A stretch of DNA of 58,008 nucleotides, filler included, from Sphacelaria rigidula (GCA_964200075.2; 7 parts of 7 records of this genome joined end to end with filler, not necessarily neighbours in it); one strand, 5' to 3'. Counted from the whole stretch's first letter, positions 33,208-45,929 are shown. Program-made: numbers and translations. The notes: generated from the letters alone by a model not told the origin.

Positions 33208-34030
33208 CCACTGGACCAATGGAAGTCTCTGGCGCTGGAGCTGTTGTAGGCTCCGCCACTGGACCAATGGTGGACTCTGGCGCTGGAGCTTCTGTAGGCT
33301 CCGCCACTGGACGAGTGGTGGGCTCTGGCGCCGGAGCTACTGTAGGCTCCGCCACTGGACCAATGGTGGGCTCTGGCGCCGGAGCTACTGTAGGCTCCGC
33401 CACTGGACCAATGGAAGTCTCTGGCGCTGGAGCTGTTGTAGGCTCCGCCACTGGACCAATGGTGGACTCTGGCGCTGGAGCTTCTGTAGGCTCCGCCACT
33501 GGACGAGTGGTGGTCTCTGGCGCCGGAGCTACTGTAGGCTCCGCCACTGGACCAATGGTGGGCTCTGGCGCCGGAGCTACTGTAGGCTCCGCCACTGGAG
33601 CGGGTGTCGGCTCTGGCGCTGGAGCGGGCGTAGGCTCCGCCACTGGAGCGGGTGTAGGCTCCGCCACTGGAGTAGGTGTAGGCTCCGCCACTGGAGTAGG
33701 TGTAGGCTCCGCCACTGGAGCGGGTGTAGGCTCTGGCGCTGGAGCGGGCGTAGGCTCCGCCACTGGAGCGGGTGTAGGCTCTGGCGCTGGAGCGGGTGTA
33801 GGCTCCGCCACTGGAGTAGGTGTAGGCTCCGCCACTGGAGCGGGTGTAGGCTCTGGCGCTGGAGCGGGTGTAGGCTCCGCCACTGGAGCTGGTGTAGGCT
33901 CTGGCGCTGGAGCGGGTGTAGGCTCCGCCACTGGAGCGGGTGTAGGCTCTGGCGCTGGAGCGGGCGTAGGCTCTGGCACTGGAGCTGGTGTAGGCTCTGG
34001 CGCTGGAGCGGGCGTAGGCTCCAGCACTGG
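33208..34030. repeat. Coding minisatellite with a 24-bp unit and higher-order 48-bp and ~192-bp periodicity
   Basis: Units such as GGCTCCGCCACTGGAGCGGGTGTA and GGCTCTGGCGCTGGAGCGGGTGTA. The block starting ~33208 recurs at ~33400. Confidence 0.95.
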
Positions 34031-36557
34031 CGCTGGAGAAGGCGCTGGCCCTGGAGCCGAAGAAGGTTCTTCTACTGGAGATTCGGATGACTCCTGTTGG
34101 GGTTTTATCGGAGGGAAAGGGTTAGGGTGTGTCTTCGCACTTTTTTTTCGATCGAAAAAGTGCGGTCAGTTTTTTTTTTCCGATCTGATAGGTCCACCGC
34201 ATTTATGTTCCTTGAAGGCTTCAACTCAATTAAAATTAGCGGCGCGCGGAGAAGAATGCAACGAGGTAAATAACAATCGCTTTGGATCGAAAACATGCGG
34301 TCGAAAGGCACGAAGCGGCACTTAACTCTTATCTTACAGACCACCACGCCAAATAACACCTGTTCACAGGACCATGCAAACTGCATCCAACCCATTCTCA
34401 GTCACCACCGCAACCCTGCAGCATACAGCACGAGTTGAGCACAGGGATAGATATACTGCAGCAGTCGGGTGTGCTTTGTTTTTTTTTTGTTGGCAAAAAC
34501 TTGCGCATTTTCTCCCATGGTAGACATCAGCGACGAACTGCGTGGTACGGTGGGCAACCGAGTTGCGTGCACGCTCATGGACAGTGCGGACAGTACAAAG
34601 CTGCACGCTGCGTGAAGTGCTTGTCACGTCGCATTGTAGACAGAGGGAACTGATAGCCCTGGGCTGTCTGCACTGCACGTTGCCCGCTCTTCTTTTATAA
34701 TCTCCTGTACGAAACACGCACACACGCACTCAAGAAACTGCTTGCAAGCAGTGCAGACAGTACAGACTGTACTGTATACGAGTGACCATGTATCGTTTCA
34801 CGAGTTTCACTGCCTTTTTGCGTTCGAAAGCTTGAAATCCATCTAGACCCATCTGCATCAAAACGAGAAGATTTCGCTCAAATCGATCCCACCACCCCAT
34901 TTTTTTTATCGGAGAAAGGGGTGCTGAGACAGGCCCTTGGTATATTGATTTTCGATCATGCGTTGCGCACAGCGGCGAGAGCATCAGAAATGAAAAACGG
35001 CGTTGGGGTGGAGGAGGAGACGAGGTTTAATGTGGTATTAGAAGTTGACTGCGCGATTTGCGGCCGTTGCGGTTCTCTCTTGTGATGACGAAACAAACGT
35101 AGCATACATGAGTTTTGATCGTAAATGCTGGGGAGGGACGCCATGCACGAGATTGCTAATGGTGTGAGCTTGTGCACCAGTCCCCTCCCCTACTCCACTT
35201 GCTCGAAAGAGCACAGCATGAACAAAAAAGAACCACTAGTAAAAAAACAACGTTTGCTACAACCTTGCTTCAAGAGTGCCCCATCGCGATGACACGGTCC
35301 TCATCGATAACTCCTTCTGCATTTCTACAAAAAAAAAACGGTGGCTCAGCAGCAAGAAAAACGCGGTTCAAAACGTGCTGCCATACTGCCAGGATATCTC
35401 ACCTGTAACTCCCGCGTGTACCACTGGTTTTTGGTCGACACGCTGCCCCCGTCACCATCCGCCACCTCCATCTCCTCGCTGACAGCTGATCTTGTTCGCC
35501 CGAATCTCCCGACTGCTTCTTCTAGATTCACCTGTCGGCCCTTTTCTACCCCTGCGGTGGAGGACCGCGCCCCCCTTAAACGATACTTGCTGCTTGGGGG
35601 CCTTTTCAAACTGATACCAGAATCGAAACCTTGCGACGCCGGATCAGCGGCGACGGCGGCCGGCGCCACCTCCGACTCCGCTTCCGGCTTCTGAGAAGAA
35701 ACTTCTCTGTAAGGTTGCGCTCTAGCCTTCTCGAACCGTCTGCCATCGACTCTCCTCATACTACTGCTGACACGGAAAACCTCGGCTGCCTGCTGAAGGG
35801 CATGATTGTCACCATTGCTAGTGATGACGTCACCAAAAACATCGTTGACGGAAACGCCACCGCCGCCATCTGCCGCGGACGCTTCGCTCCCTCCTTCGGC
35901 AGCGCCGGCGCCGGACGCCGTTACCCATGATAAGGCAGCGGCAGTGAGGGCGGCGGCCACCCCGGTCACCGCTGCGGCGCCAATCCCAGCTCCCTCGTCT
36001 CCTTGTCCTCCCTCGGTTTCCAGATCAGCCGACCCGGAATCCCAGTCAAGTAACACGTGGGGGCCGCCTGAAGCCAAGAAGCGTACGGCGGCAACGCTGT
36101 TTTTTTCATCTTCTCTATGCCCACTGCCGCCGCTACTCCTGCGCATATTTCGTTTGCCATCTTCAGAGAAGTGGGAGCGTCGCAGGCGGCGCCGGCTAGC
36201 ACCGTTATCGGTATCAACCGTAGCGCCAACAGTACCAGCAATGCTAGGACCCCCTTTATTTCGCCAAAGTGACGCCGTCCTCTTGCTCTCTTCCGGGTAC
36301 AAAACATTTCCGTTTGCCCTGTCTGGTCTCGTCAAGGAACGATATCTCTTGGAACTACCGTCGTTTCTGCTGCCGCTGTGAATATTCTCATCATATACAT
36401 TTTCGCTGTTGTTTTTGACAGCAGACGTCTGTTTCTTCACAAAAACAGCCGCAAACGTTCCCGTAGGGAGAACAAGCAGGCAGCAGGCAACACATAAGAC
36501 GACAAAGATTGCGCTCAACCGTCTCGACGACGTAGCAGTCGAGCGCATTCCTCTCAT
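33208..36557 (-). CDS. Putative secreted mucin/extensin-like protein with Pro-Thr-Glu-Ala tandem repeats, 3'-truncated
   Basis: Exon 1 is 36557-35403 (alternative ATGs at 36635 and 36548). It has a hydrophobic signal segment (LSAIFVVLCVACCLLVLPTGTFA) and ends WYTRELQ|gtgaga. Exon 2 runs from 34093 (ccaacag|GAG) to the contig edge at 33208 and encodes (APEPTPAP/VAEPTPAP)n. The splice is phase 0 and in frame. Confidence 0.8.
34125..34936. mobile_element. Non-autonomous TIR element (PIF/Harbinger-like) in the intron of the Pro-rich gene
   Basis: Imperfect TIRs GGGTGTGTCTTCGCACTTTTTTTTCGAT / ATCGGAGAAAGGGGTGCTGAGACAGGCCC, flanked by TTA and TTG. Internal sequence is shared with ~46520-47010 and 24565-24806. 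The superfamily is inferred from the GGG termini and the TTA site. Confidence 0.65.
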
Positions 36558-37406
36558 CCTCCTTCTCTTCTCTCCTTCTCCCGCTGTCCATGGACGCTTC
36601 CTACTTCTACAAAAGAGGGTCGCGCGCTGAGCCATCAACTGCTCGCAGAGAGCAGGTGCCTCCCCCGCCACCGGACCTCCAAGAATTCCGCGCGCTTCAC
36701 AGATCAATGTGAGGGAAACGTGTATGAAGCTTGCCTTCAGGTACCCGATTCCTTATGAAGGAAGCATCAAAAGCCGTAGTTGGGTGCATTTCCGTCGTCC
36801 CGAGCAAGCAACGCGAGAACGTTGCGAGTCGTGGTTGCGTGGGGGTGGGAGTGGAAGGGTGGCAGTGAATGAGAAGTCAAACATGCGTAGGTAGATCTTA
36901 GATTTCATTATCAAAAGTTGGCGACAAATTATTTCGGATACATTCGCTGCACTCCATGTCAAAGTCAATCACACAAAATCATTCTTCACCATCTTGGAAA
37001 TCTACGATCGACTATAGCACAGCAGAACGGATGAGCTCTACGGGTTGTGGAGAAGGCAGCAAAAGCAATCACAATGCCCAACCTTCCACCGCTGACCGAC
37101 AACATCTGCAGCTCAGACCCCGATCTACTCTCTGTTTGGTCGCACCATCTCGAGTGACAAAACGTACCGGCCATTCCGTGTTATCCCAACTGAATTGCAG
37201 CGTTCGACCCTTTGATCGCCAGGGTTTGCCACGTGCGGAATCGGCATTACTTTCACTCGAACAAATTAGTGTACTGCTACACACGTCGGACAGTTCATTC
37301 ATGATCGAAGATGCATATTTTTGTGAATCTAGAATCGTTTGGAGCCCCTGAATCAGACAAGATTTTGCGCAAAAAGCGCACCCCTACCTTGGCATTGCTC
37401 ATGAGT

Positions 37407-38632
37407 TACGAGCTGGGCCAGCCTAGGAACGGATTCAAGTTCTCAAAGCAATAAACATCTCATCGACACGGACGAGTTGGGCCATGGTCCGCATATTGTA
37501 TTAATCGTCCGATCAAGGGAAAGGTGCCCATCTGCTTCAAAGTATGGGCCAATATTTTCCCATCGATTGAACCTCATGTCTCGTGAATCCTATACTTCAC
37601 GGAGATAGCGTCCATACAAAAATCTACATGAAATCACGATCGATGCTTTTAGCGGATGACGGCTACTTTTGGTGTGGACATTTCCTGGAGCATGGGGAGA
37701 CGAAAAATACCCTCATCTTCACCTAATTCACTGCCTATCTCGAGATATGGTGCACGTAAGTTTTTGATACCAAAATCAATGTAGTACGAGCAGAGGCACT
37801 AGATGAAATAAATCTGGACATCGCGTCTCAGTTTTGGAGAGTTATGCTAGGAAATTTCGTATGGGGAACCGCTAGAGCATACTGAAGCTAAAATATTATT
37901 TATTTATTCTTTAGTTTTCCATTTTCTTTATTTTTTAATTTTTTTTCGGGTTTCTAGGGTAGTTTTGAGGAGAAATTACCAGTGCTCTTTGGTCTTGTCT
38001 TAATTTTTCACCTCAATTTTTAGAATGGTGATTTTAAACTTAGAATGGCGAACCACAAAGGTGTGCCGAATAAAAAAAATGGGCCCTCAACTTTTTTTCA
38101 TAAAGGTTAGGGTGTTCTCGTGAAGAAATGGTCTTCAACATACTGGAACGCCCCAAGCCAGTGGGGGAAAAAATTAAAAATCAATTTGACCCACTTTGTT
38201 TCGTTAGTTATGCCTAGTGACAGTCTACACAATTTTTTACTACACAAACACCAAACGTGGTCGGTAAGTGGCCTGCAAACACTGTTCCGAATTTATACTG
38301 ACCCCATTACTAAACGGCCCATTACCCGGCCAATATTTAGAGCTGGACCCTAAAATTTGGTATGGACAATACACAGGACATAATGAAACAAATTACCGGT
38401 GCACATGATGATTTTTTTTTGTTTTTTTCATGAGTTGAGGGTAACGATCAGTTTTCAAGTATCAGCACAATGCCCCTAACTAATGGAAAAAAAAAAAACT
38501 TGTGTCACTGGAATTTGTTCTTATCATGCCCTACTCATTGTCCATACCAAATTCTAGGGGTCCAACTCTAAATATTGGCCGGCTAGTGGGCCAACAAACT
38601 ATAAATTCGCTTCTCGGCTGGCCAAGCTCATA
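37407..38632. mobile_element. MITE of the same family as 9240-10097, in opposite orientation
   Basis: TACGAGCTGGGCCAGCC...GGCTGGCCAAGCTCATA. The stretch 37455-37660 is the reverse complement of ~9840-10050. It has the same internal inverted repeat (~38340-38570) and about 350 bp of extra internal sequence. Confidence 0.8.
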
Positions 38633-40260
38633 CTTAAGAGTAACTGATCGAAGAGGGACTCTCAGATTCCTTGTCCAAAACACGAAAAATGTAACAACAG
38701 GGTCTAAGAAGCCAAAGCGCTACCTTTGCCCTACATCGCATGCTCGGCGTCCAGCGCTGTAGGGAGGAAGTGTGGGGGAAAGAGGGGCCAAGTGTGGTAG
38801 GTCATGATCCAGACCAGTACACTAATAAGAAGAAACATCCAGGTAGCTCATGAGTTGTCCGACGTGTGTACTATTGTGCTATCAACATGACCCATCCTGA
38901 CTGACGGCCAGGGGGTTGAGAAAAAGTTTCGGCGCTTTCCCTACGGAACACTTTTACCAAAAAAAAAAACGGAAAGAATTCACAATGACGTACCCGACGT
39001 ACACGGGGCTTCACAGGGTTACAGCTTCAAATTCAAAGGGATAACCCTGCGACCGCCAAGGCGAGTGATGAGAGGGAGGGGGGATCTTACACTGTTTCTA
39101 GAAGTGAAAACATCATGCTCATTCAGCAAGTGGTAATCAACCACCCTCTCGCGGTACAAAAAATTGAGCGAAACCACTACTTTACGAGTACTGCGTGCGG
39201 TCCGTCCGTGTAGGGCCCATCCCAACCATGTGACGCCGAAGAGGATGGTTACGACGGGCCAACTTCCACAACATAAAAACATAAAATCATGAGTCAGTCT
39301 TCACCACCAGTGCCCCGGGCGATCATCATTCCGCAACTTCTCCGCGTTCACGAGAACCATCCTCAGTGACAACATCAAACGAAACTGCGGGGTCCGCAAC
39401 CCTGGACTAATGCATATTAGAGTTTCGGGGGGGGGGGGGATCTGAAGTCAGGAATAAGCGAAAAACAAATGGATTGTTTACGCTTAAACCCTAGGGTATT
39501 TTTTTTCACCAGGTAGGTGTGGACCGTGGCCAACTTTTCAGGGTTTAGTATTTCCTGTTCCGCATGCCACGTGGTTGGTGTCATGAGTTAAAAAGGTACA
39601 AGTCGCGCCGTGCTGTTCTGCGTTTGTACTCTGCGCCCACCCATGCGGTGCTACCCGTACAGCGCGGAAAAGCATGCACAGAGCCGTCCTACGATAGGTT
39701 GGGTGTTTGATTCCAGGGGAGAAGGACTCATGGGTGTTTCGGACAACCTGACACACTCGCCGTGCGCTTGTATTTGGGTAAAACGGCGTCAAGCATTATG
39801 ACTGAGCGTTATTTGTCTGTAACACGCGCGTTCGGAGTATCGTTGCTCCTTACAACGACGATTCGAAGTTGAATTTCGTGGAAACAACAGCCGAAAATAC
39901 CCCCCGTACTATAGTAGCATGACTAGAGTTGTTTGTGCTCTCTCCGTACCGTTGAATACGCGACAACAGTATCGCCAACACAGCCTCCGGGTACGAACCC
40001 GGTATAGTACGCAGCGTCGGGCACACAGTCAGTGCACCTCGGCGCCCACTAGTCATTCACAAGTTCCAAACCTGTCGGTATGTGGAACAGCACTAGTACA
40101 AGTTGTGAGAGTTGAGAGTTGTACTGTTGCTCTCACTATTGACAGTTCTGTATGCTGTCTGTAGTGCAAGTGTGCACGTGCCTGTGTGTGTGCGTGTGCA
40201 TGTTTTGAGAAAGTACAGTCACTCTCGATAAAGGTTCACTACACAATAATCCTAGCGGCG

Positions 40261-40526
40261 TGGAGGCGAACGGGGGAATGGAGACACCTGTCGACCTGGC
40301 TAAATATGACGTGGAATTGAGAAAGTGGGCCACTCATGCAGCCATTGCGAGGACTTCGACAAAATGGCCACCCAACGGTCGTGTACCTGCGCGAGCTCAC
40401 GCAAGCTCCACGTTGGGTGGCCACTTTGTCACGTACTCGTAGCGGCTGCTTGAGAGGCCGACTCCCGTCCTTTCGCGGCATCATAAGCCAGGTCGACTGG
40501 TGTTTCGGCTCCCCCGTTCGCCTCCA
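40261..40526. repeat. Long imperfect palindrome / hairpin (~266 bp)
   Basis: TGGAGGCGAACGGGGGA pairs with TCCCCCGTTCGCCTCCA; ACACCTGTCGACCTGGCT pairs with AGCCAGGTCGACTGGTGT; CAAAATGGCCACCCAACG pairs with CGTTGGGTGGCCACTTTG. Confidence 0.9.
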
Positions 40527-41318
40527 AGTCTTCTTCGTAGTTTTGGGTCACCCTCATGAACGAGCTGCCATCACCAGCGCTGTCGCGGGCGTTCACGGCA
40601 TCCGCCATCGCCCCACTTACGATATTTGTCCTATGGCTGTGCTCTGTAACCTTGGCCGTTATAGGGCAGGGTGTCTAGTTCCGTTTCCTAACCCTGAGTT
40701 GGGCACCAACGCTTTGGGGTGTTGAGCAACTCAGGATTATTTGAAACTTTTCAAGTTAATCCTGAGCTGTTGGGCACGTTTCATCTCAGGGTTCAGTTTT
40801 CGGGATTCAACTATTATGGGAAAGTTCGTCATATCCTGACCTTAAATCCCAACTTCCAAACCCTAACCCTGAGTTTTCCCGGTCGTTTTCTTGTTCTCAA
40901 GACTTCATATAGTTCAATCGAATAAGTCCATTATTGTTCGAATATTTCCTGGGTTTCATCGAGAGTTTATCTGAGGGCGTCCACAGGGTTTGCTTCACCC
41001 AGGTCTTGCTCTCGCTCAGCTTTGCGCCCCAGCGCAAAATCGTCGCTCTCGCCTCCGCTCACCTGCGGGCAACGTATTGCTGTGGTTTGCGCGAGGACGA
41101 CCGCTGAATCATGATCTTGTTGCTTTGGTTGTCTCCGATACAGTCGCTGTCCACAGTGTGGCGGCTTCGAATGTTCAGTAGTTGGAGTGTGTATTTTGTT
41201 TTCATGAATGCTAGTAAGTAGGACAGCGGTAGCCTTTCTAGTTTGGGGGGAAACAACCATGGCTAGGTACCTGTGTAACATTGGATACCAAGGGGCGCGA
41301 GCAACTCCATGACAGTAC

Positions 41319-41363
<45 letters not shown>

Positions 41364-41408
41364 CAGAAGAAACTCCAACAAAAGACGTTCCAGAAAAAAA
41401 CACGGGAG

Positions 41409-41508
41409 NNNNNNNNNNNNNNNNNNNNNNNNNNNNNNNNNNNNNNNNNNNNTTAATTAATTAANNNNNNNNNNNNNNNNNNNNNNNNNNNNNNNNNNNN
41501 NNNNNNNN
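41409..41508. other. Artificial contig-joining spacer
   Basis: 44 N + TTAATTAATTAA + 44 N. Confidence 0.98.
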
Positions 41509-42222
41509 TACTTTTCTCTTGTTTTCCTTTTTCTTGCTTTAGGTCGGCCATTCCTTTCTGTGCTTTGCTTGTGTTGACTTTTTATTACTTTTTTTGTCAC
41601 GACTTAGTCTGATATGTCGTTCTGTTCGACCACTCTCGTTTTTTCTGCTTCTGTTCCTATTTTTTCTGCTTCTGTTACTTATTGTTCTTCTTTTCTCAGA
41701 GCGTGTTTGAGTTTCGTTTTTCTTGAGTACGTCTATCATGAGACCACGGCTGGACCCGGGGGGTCAGTTAAAGTGCGACAATAATAAAAAAAAATCAACC
41801 ATGATATTAATATATTGTTATGCCCGCAAGGGCAAATCCATGCAAACTCCTGGGTGCCAGGCGTGCGTGCCCACTCCACGCTCACCCCTTTGCAAGACTT
41901 CTGGAATCTGCGGCACAGTTCCAGCGCCCGTATCCTCAGCGCTTTGATCTTCACTCCCTGCTTCTGCGGACGTGTTCTTCTCTACTTGCTTCGACTTAAC
42001 CCTACAGTACCACCTACCGTTCCGGTACACCCGGTGCAGGCCGACGTTATCGACAAACACGTGCGGTGCAGTACAGCAACTACTATCGCCATCATCCAGC
42101 GATCAGGGGCGGTACCCCCACTCATAAAATCGGGTACCCCCCCGTCCTCCGACCCCATAATGAGGTTTGTGCGGCGAAAGAGGTGGTGGTGCATGGATTT
42201 CCCTATATGGGGCCCCTCGCTA

Positions 42223-42436
42223 CTGATAGCTGTTGACAACTGCTACACGCCAAAGAGATTTGAATTTCGATCACCGAAATGTTGGGGTCTTAGGTGAAAA
42301 AACAATTTCGGACCCATTTTTGCGTCCGTTCGGACACCCGAAATTCCCCAAAATTGGTTTTTCACCTGGGACCCCAGCATTTTGGTGATCGAAATCCAAA
42401 TTCCTATGGCGTGTAGCAGTTTTCAATGGCTATCAG
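42223..42436. repeat. Foldback inverted repeat (~215 bp), MITE-like
   Basis: ctgatagc..aactgctacacgcca..gatcacc.aaatg.tggggtc..aggtgaaaaa pairs with tttttcacct..gaccccagcattttggtgatc..tggcgtgtagcagtt..gctatcag. Confidence 0.85.
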
Positions 42437-44162
42437 CAGGTGAAGACATGGAATCATGTTTCGAAAATTTGGTGTGGATACGAAGATTTTAATTCTCCAG
42501 GTTTCTCATCCCCAATAAAAGACCCATCCCCAATTTGTAGGATCCCGTGTTGAAAGCGTACATAAGACCCGGAGGGACATTTCGGAACTGAAACTGTCAT
42601 TCGTTGATTGAACGCTTCTCACTCAATCATATCCCAGACTCTCGGTTTCATGAAAACATTAGCAACAGTAGTAGAATAATGTATATCCCTGCCTATATGC
42701 CCAATAAGATGGACAATGTCTATATTGTGACATTGGCTCTCTTCCACATTAGATACATTTACCAGGACTGTCTAAGCACGAAGAACCGCACCCTGTGTTA
42801 CCGACACTGTATAGGTCGTTTCATCGATCTGCCCCAGACAAACGAACCACCCGCCTGGTTGTTACGTCGCGCTTTTTCTTCTACGAAATACCAGATGATC
42901 GTACGTGCGACGGGTACGAGCTGAGCCAGCCTGAAAAAGAATTCTAGCGTTGCAGGCAATTGTGCTGTTCGGCTTTGCAAGTTGCGTTGTGACATTTTGT
43001 ACGACTTTATAAGGAGAATCGCATTTGCGTAATAGAAAATATTTCTTTTGTGACGATGAATTATTTTCGTGAAGCCACGTCTATAAAATTATTTTTGTGT
43101 CGAAAATGTGCGGTGAAATCGAAGTCGCTCCCATCTGATACGTCGATGCGGCATTTATTTTCTCAGATAATTGAGAACATAAATGCATATGCCGTGGACG
43201 TATCAGGTGCGAGCGAATTCGATTCCACCGCACGTTTGCGACACGAAAACAATTCGCGAAGACACGGCGTGACTGAAGTATGTTTTGTTTATCTTGTACA
43301 AAACACTCCCTTTGAGCAGCCTTCGACAAAATGACAACTTCCGTTCAGAAACCGACGTCCGGCGGGTGAGTATATCGATCAATAACAAAAAATTGGAAAT
43401 TAAATGCGCATCGACATACATCAGAAGCCGGCAACAAACGTGCAAAATAACCAAAACTTCTCTCTTCACTGATTCATGTTGGTATCATTACATCCATGTG
43501 CTACATCTAAAATGGTCTCACAACGATATATTCCCTGCACTTCACCAAACATACACCATCACCATCACCGTGTTCCAACCCATACAAACAGAAACCGGAT
43601 CAAGCTTCATTCACATTTGTCTTCACCAATGCTGGTTGTCACTGTACGGTGGCCACCCTGTGACCCAGAGAGGGAAACCACTCCTCGTACCCTACCCGTA
43701 CGCTCACTCTGTACATCGCAAGTGCTGCGTTCTCCTCGTAAAAGAAAAGGCAGCGATGAGCCCTGCGCTCATGCCTGTGTGAATTATCATGCCCCGCGTA
43801 CATACGCACCTCCTACCCTGAATCCTCAAAAGTGACACAGAATTTTCCCTGCCTTGGCCTCGAAAGCTGAAGATTTTTTTCAAGATTTTCGTGCACCTAT
43901 AAGCTGTGACAAGTAGTATGAACAGTATTTTCCCCAAGTTTTTCATCAACTGTTGGAACGACCATGCGCGAAGCCAAACGAGTCGAACGACGACGATATA
44001 CACTCTCGGCGAACACGATGGCTGTATACACAACAGACACGCCGTCTTCGCCATATGTCGGGCAGATTGCTTCGACATCCATCCACGAACACCTATCCAA
44101 TCCGCTAGCGCGAGATACGAATTCCCCAACCGAATCGACAGACGTGACTAATCTGGAGCCTT

Positions 44163-45104
44163 CTAGTAGCGGCTAGAGATACGGTGTTTGATGGCGATCC
44201 GGTCCACCTTCGAGTAGTCTACGTCCTGTTTCTTGGGGGTGCGGCGGACGCCCCCAGGCCGCCACACGTTCACCATACCATCATGCGCATGCCCGGAGCA
44301 GTACTCTGCCTTCTTCGTACCATCTTCCCCATACTTGGGTTGCTTTGAGCAGCCTGAGAAGAGGCATCTCTTCGCCCACACCGCCACCATTCCCGGTTCC
44401 GAATGGGTGGCACAAAACTCCGCCTTCTTAGATCCCTCAATGCCGTACGATGGGTGCTTGATGCAGCCCTCATGGGCACATCGCCTCTTCATCACATCCA
44501 CCATGCCTTCGGGCGCGTGCTCGGCACAGAAGTCCGCCGTCTTGGTCCCTGGGATGCCGTACGACGGGTGTTTAGTGCAACTCTCGTGGGCACACTTCTT
44601 TTTCATCACGTTCACCATGCCCTCGTATGCGTGTCCTGCACAAAACCGCGCCTTTTTCGTCCCATCCACGCCAAACGACGGCTGCTTGTTGCAACCCTCG
44701 TGAGAGCACTTGTTCTTCATCACGTCCGCCATGCCCTCGATCGCATGCGTTGCGCAGTACTGCGCCTTTCGGGTCCCGATCACACCGAACGACGCCTGCT
44801 TGAGACAGGCCTCGTCAGCACACCTTTTGTTCATCAGGTTCACCATGCCCTGCAGCGCGTGCATACCACAAAACTCCGCACTTCTCGAGCCCGTCCTACC
44901 GAACGATGGCCTCTTGAAGCAACCTTCATGAGCGCACCTCTTGGACACAACGTCGACCATACCAACGTCCGCGTGCTCGATGCAAAACTCCGGCTTCCCC
45001 ACCAACGGGCTGCCATACGATGGCCGCTTCTCGCAGCCATCGCGCTGGCACCTCTTCCTCTTACGAGCCCCCAAACTCATCTCGGCGAAATGAGTAGACA
45101 TCAT
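44163..45104 (-). CDS. EsV-1-7 cysteine-rich repeat protein (7 repeats), from the family that includes Ectocarpus IMMEDIATE UPRIGHT
   Basis: Uninterrupted ORF (ATG at 45104; open from GTG 45149; stop 44163-44165). It has seven 38-aa repeats C-x4-C-x3-P-S-(F/Y)-G...(F/Y)-C-x2-H-x3-G-M-V-(D/N)-V, the EsV-1-7 signature, preceded by a basic RKRKR stretch. It cannot be called an IMM orthologue from the sequence alone. Confidence 0.93.
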   Translation of the reverse strand: MMSTHFAEMSLGARKRKRCQRDGCEKRPSYGSPLVGKPEFCIEHADVGMVDVVSKRCAHEGCFKRPSFGRTGSRSAEFCGMHALQGMVNLMNKRCADEACLKQASFGVIGTRKAQYCATHAIEGMADVMKNKCSHEGCNKQPSFGVDGTKKARFCAGHAYEGMVNVMKKKCAHESCTKHPSYGIPGTKTADFCAEHAPEGMVDVMKRRCAHEGCIKHPSYGIEGSKKAEFCATHSEPGMVAVWAKRCLFSGCSKQPKYGEDGTKKAEYCSGHAHDGMVNVWRPGGVRRTPKKQDVDYSKVDRIAIKHRISSRY

Positions 45105-45929
45105 GGCGTTTGTGTAACAGCGGGGAACGCTGTGCCGGGACGTTGACACACTCTGTACGTCCCTCGCCGGTTACGCCGCTGTAGATGCTGAGCGTACCAG
45201 GATCGGCGTTCTGCCGTCGGCTGCGCGGCGAACCGTCTTTGTCCGCTGCCAGTGGACCGTCCGCGGGGTGAAATGAGTAAAGCCAACACTCGATGCTAGG
45301 CCCTGGTGGCTATGCTCCGCGCAAGACGCCTAAGGTATGAGGATGCAGGGACGAAGGAGGAACAACAGCGCATTGGTCAACACTGCTATTTACTAGGGAC
45401 ACGTCGATTGGGAAGCGGGGTATCGACAACAGTCACCGCGCGGGAATGCCGCATGGTTGTCGTCTCGGTTGGGTTTCGGCTACATTAGTCAGAGAATATG
45501 ACAAGACGAATTATCGCGTCACGACCATTACTCTGTTCCTCACTATAACGTCGTCCACGTACAACTCAGCTCGGTGGGCCCGGCTCTTCATGACGTAATG
45601 GACCCGACAAGGAGAGTTTTACAGCATCCCGAGACAGAAAAATGCTTGTTCATTCAACACTATAACTCAGCTCGCTACGACAGGGACAGGCTGCAGAAAC
45701 GCGGTCCACGAGCGAGTTTTGGCTTGTCTGACTGGTTCTCCAGAGGAAAAAAATATGTAATGCCTGTTTCGTTCGGGTGCGGAACTGGTCTGGACGTCGG
45801 CATAAATATCTCTCATCGGAGAACGTAACACACCGCCGAATTTGGCTAGCCCGCCCCAGATACCCACCAGCTTTTAAACCGTACCCCCGTGATAAAGCAT
45901 TCACGCGTCGGATAACTCATGAGTAAACG

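Noticed and set aside
33219..34325. Plus-strand Gly/Ser/Ala repeat ORF resembling silk or an ice-nucleation protein
   Set aside because: It is the antisense reading of the Pro/Thr repeat. The minus strand has a proper acceptor and an in-frame upstream exon with a signal peptide.
44233..45146. Plus-strand ORFs overlapping the EsV-1-7 gene
   Set aside because: They are antisense shadows of the repeat-coding minus-strand gene.
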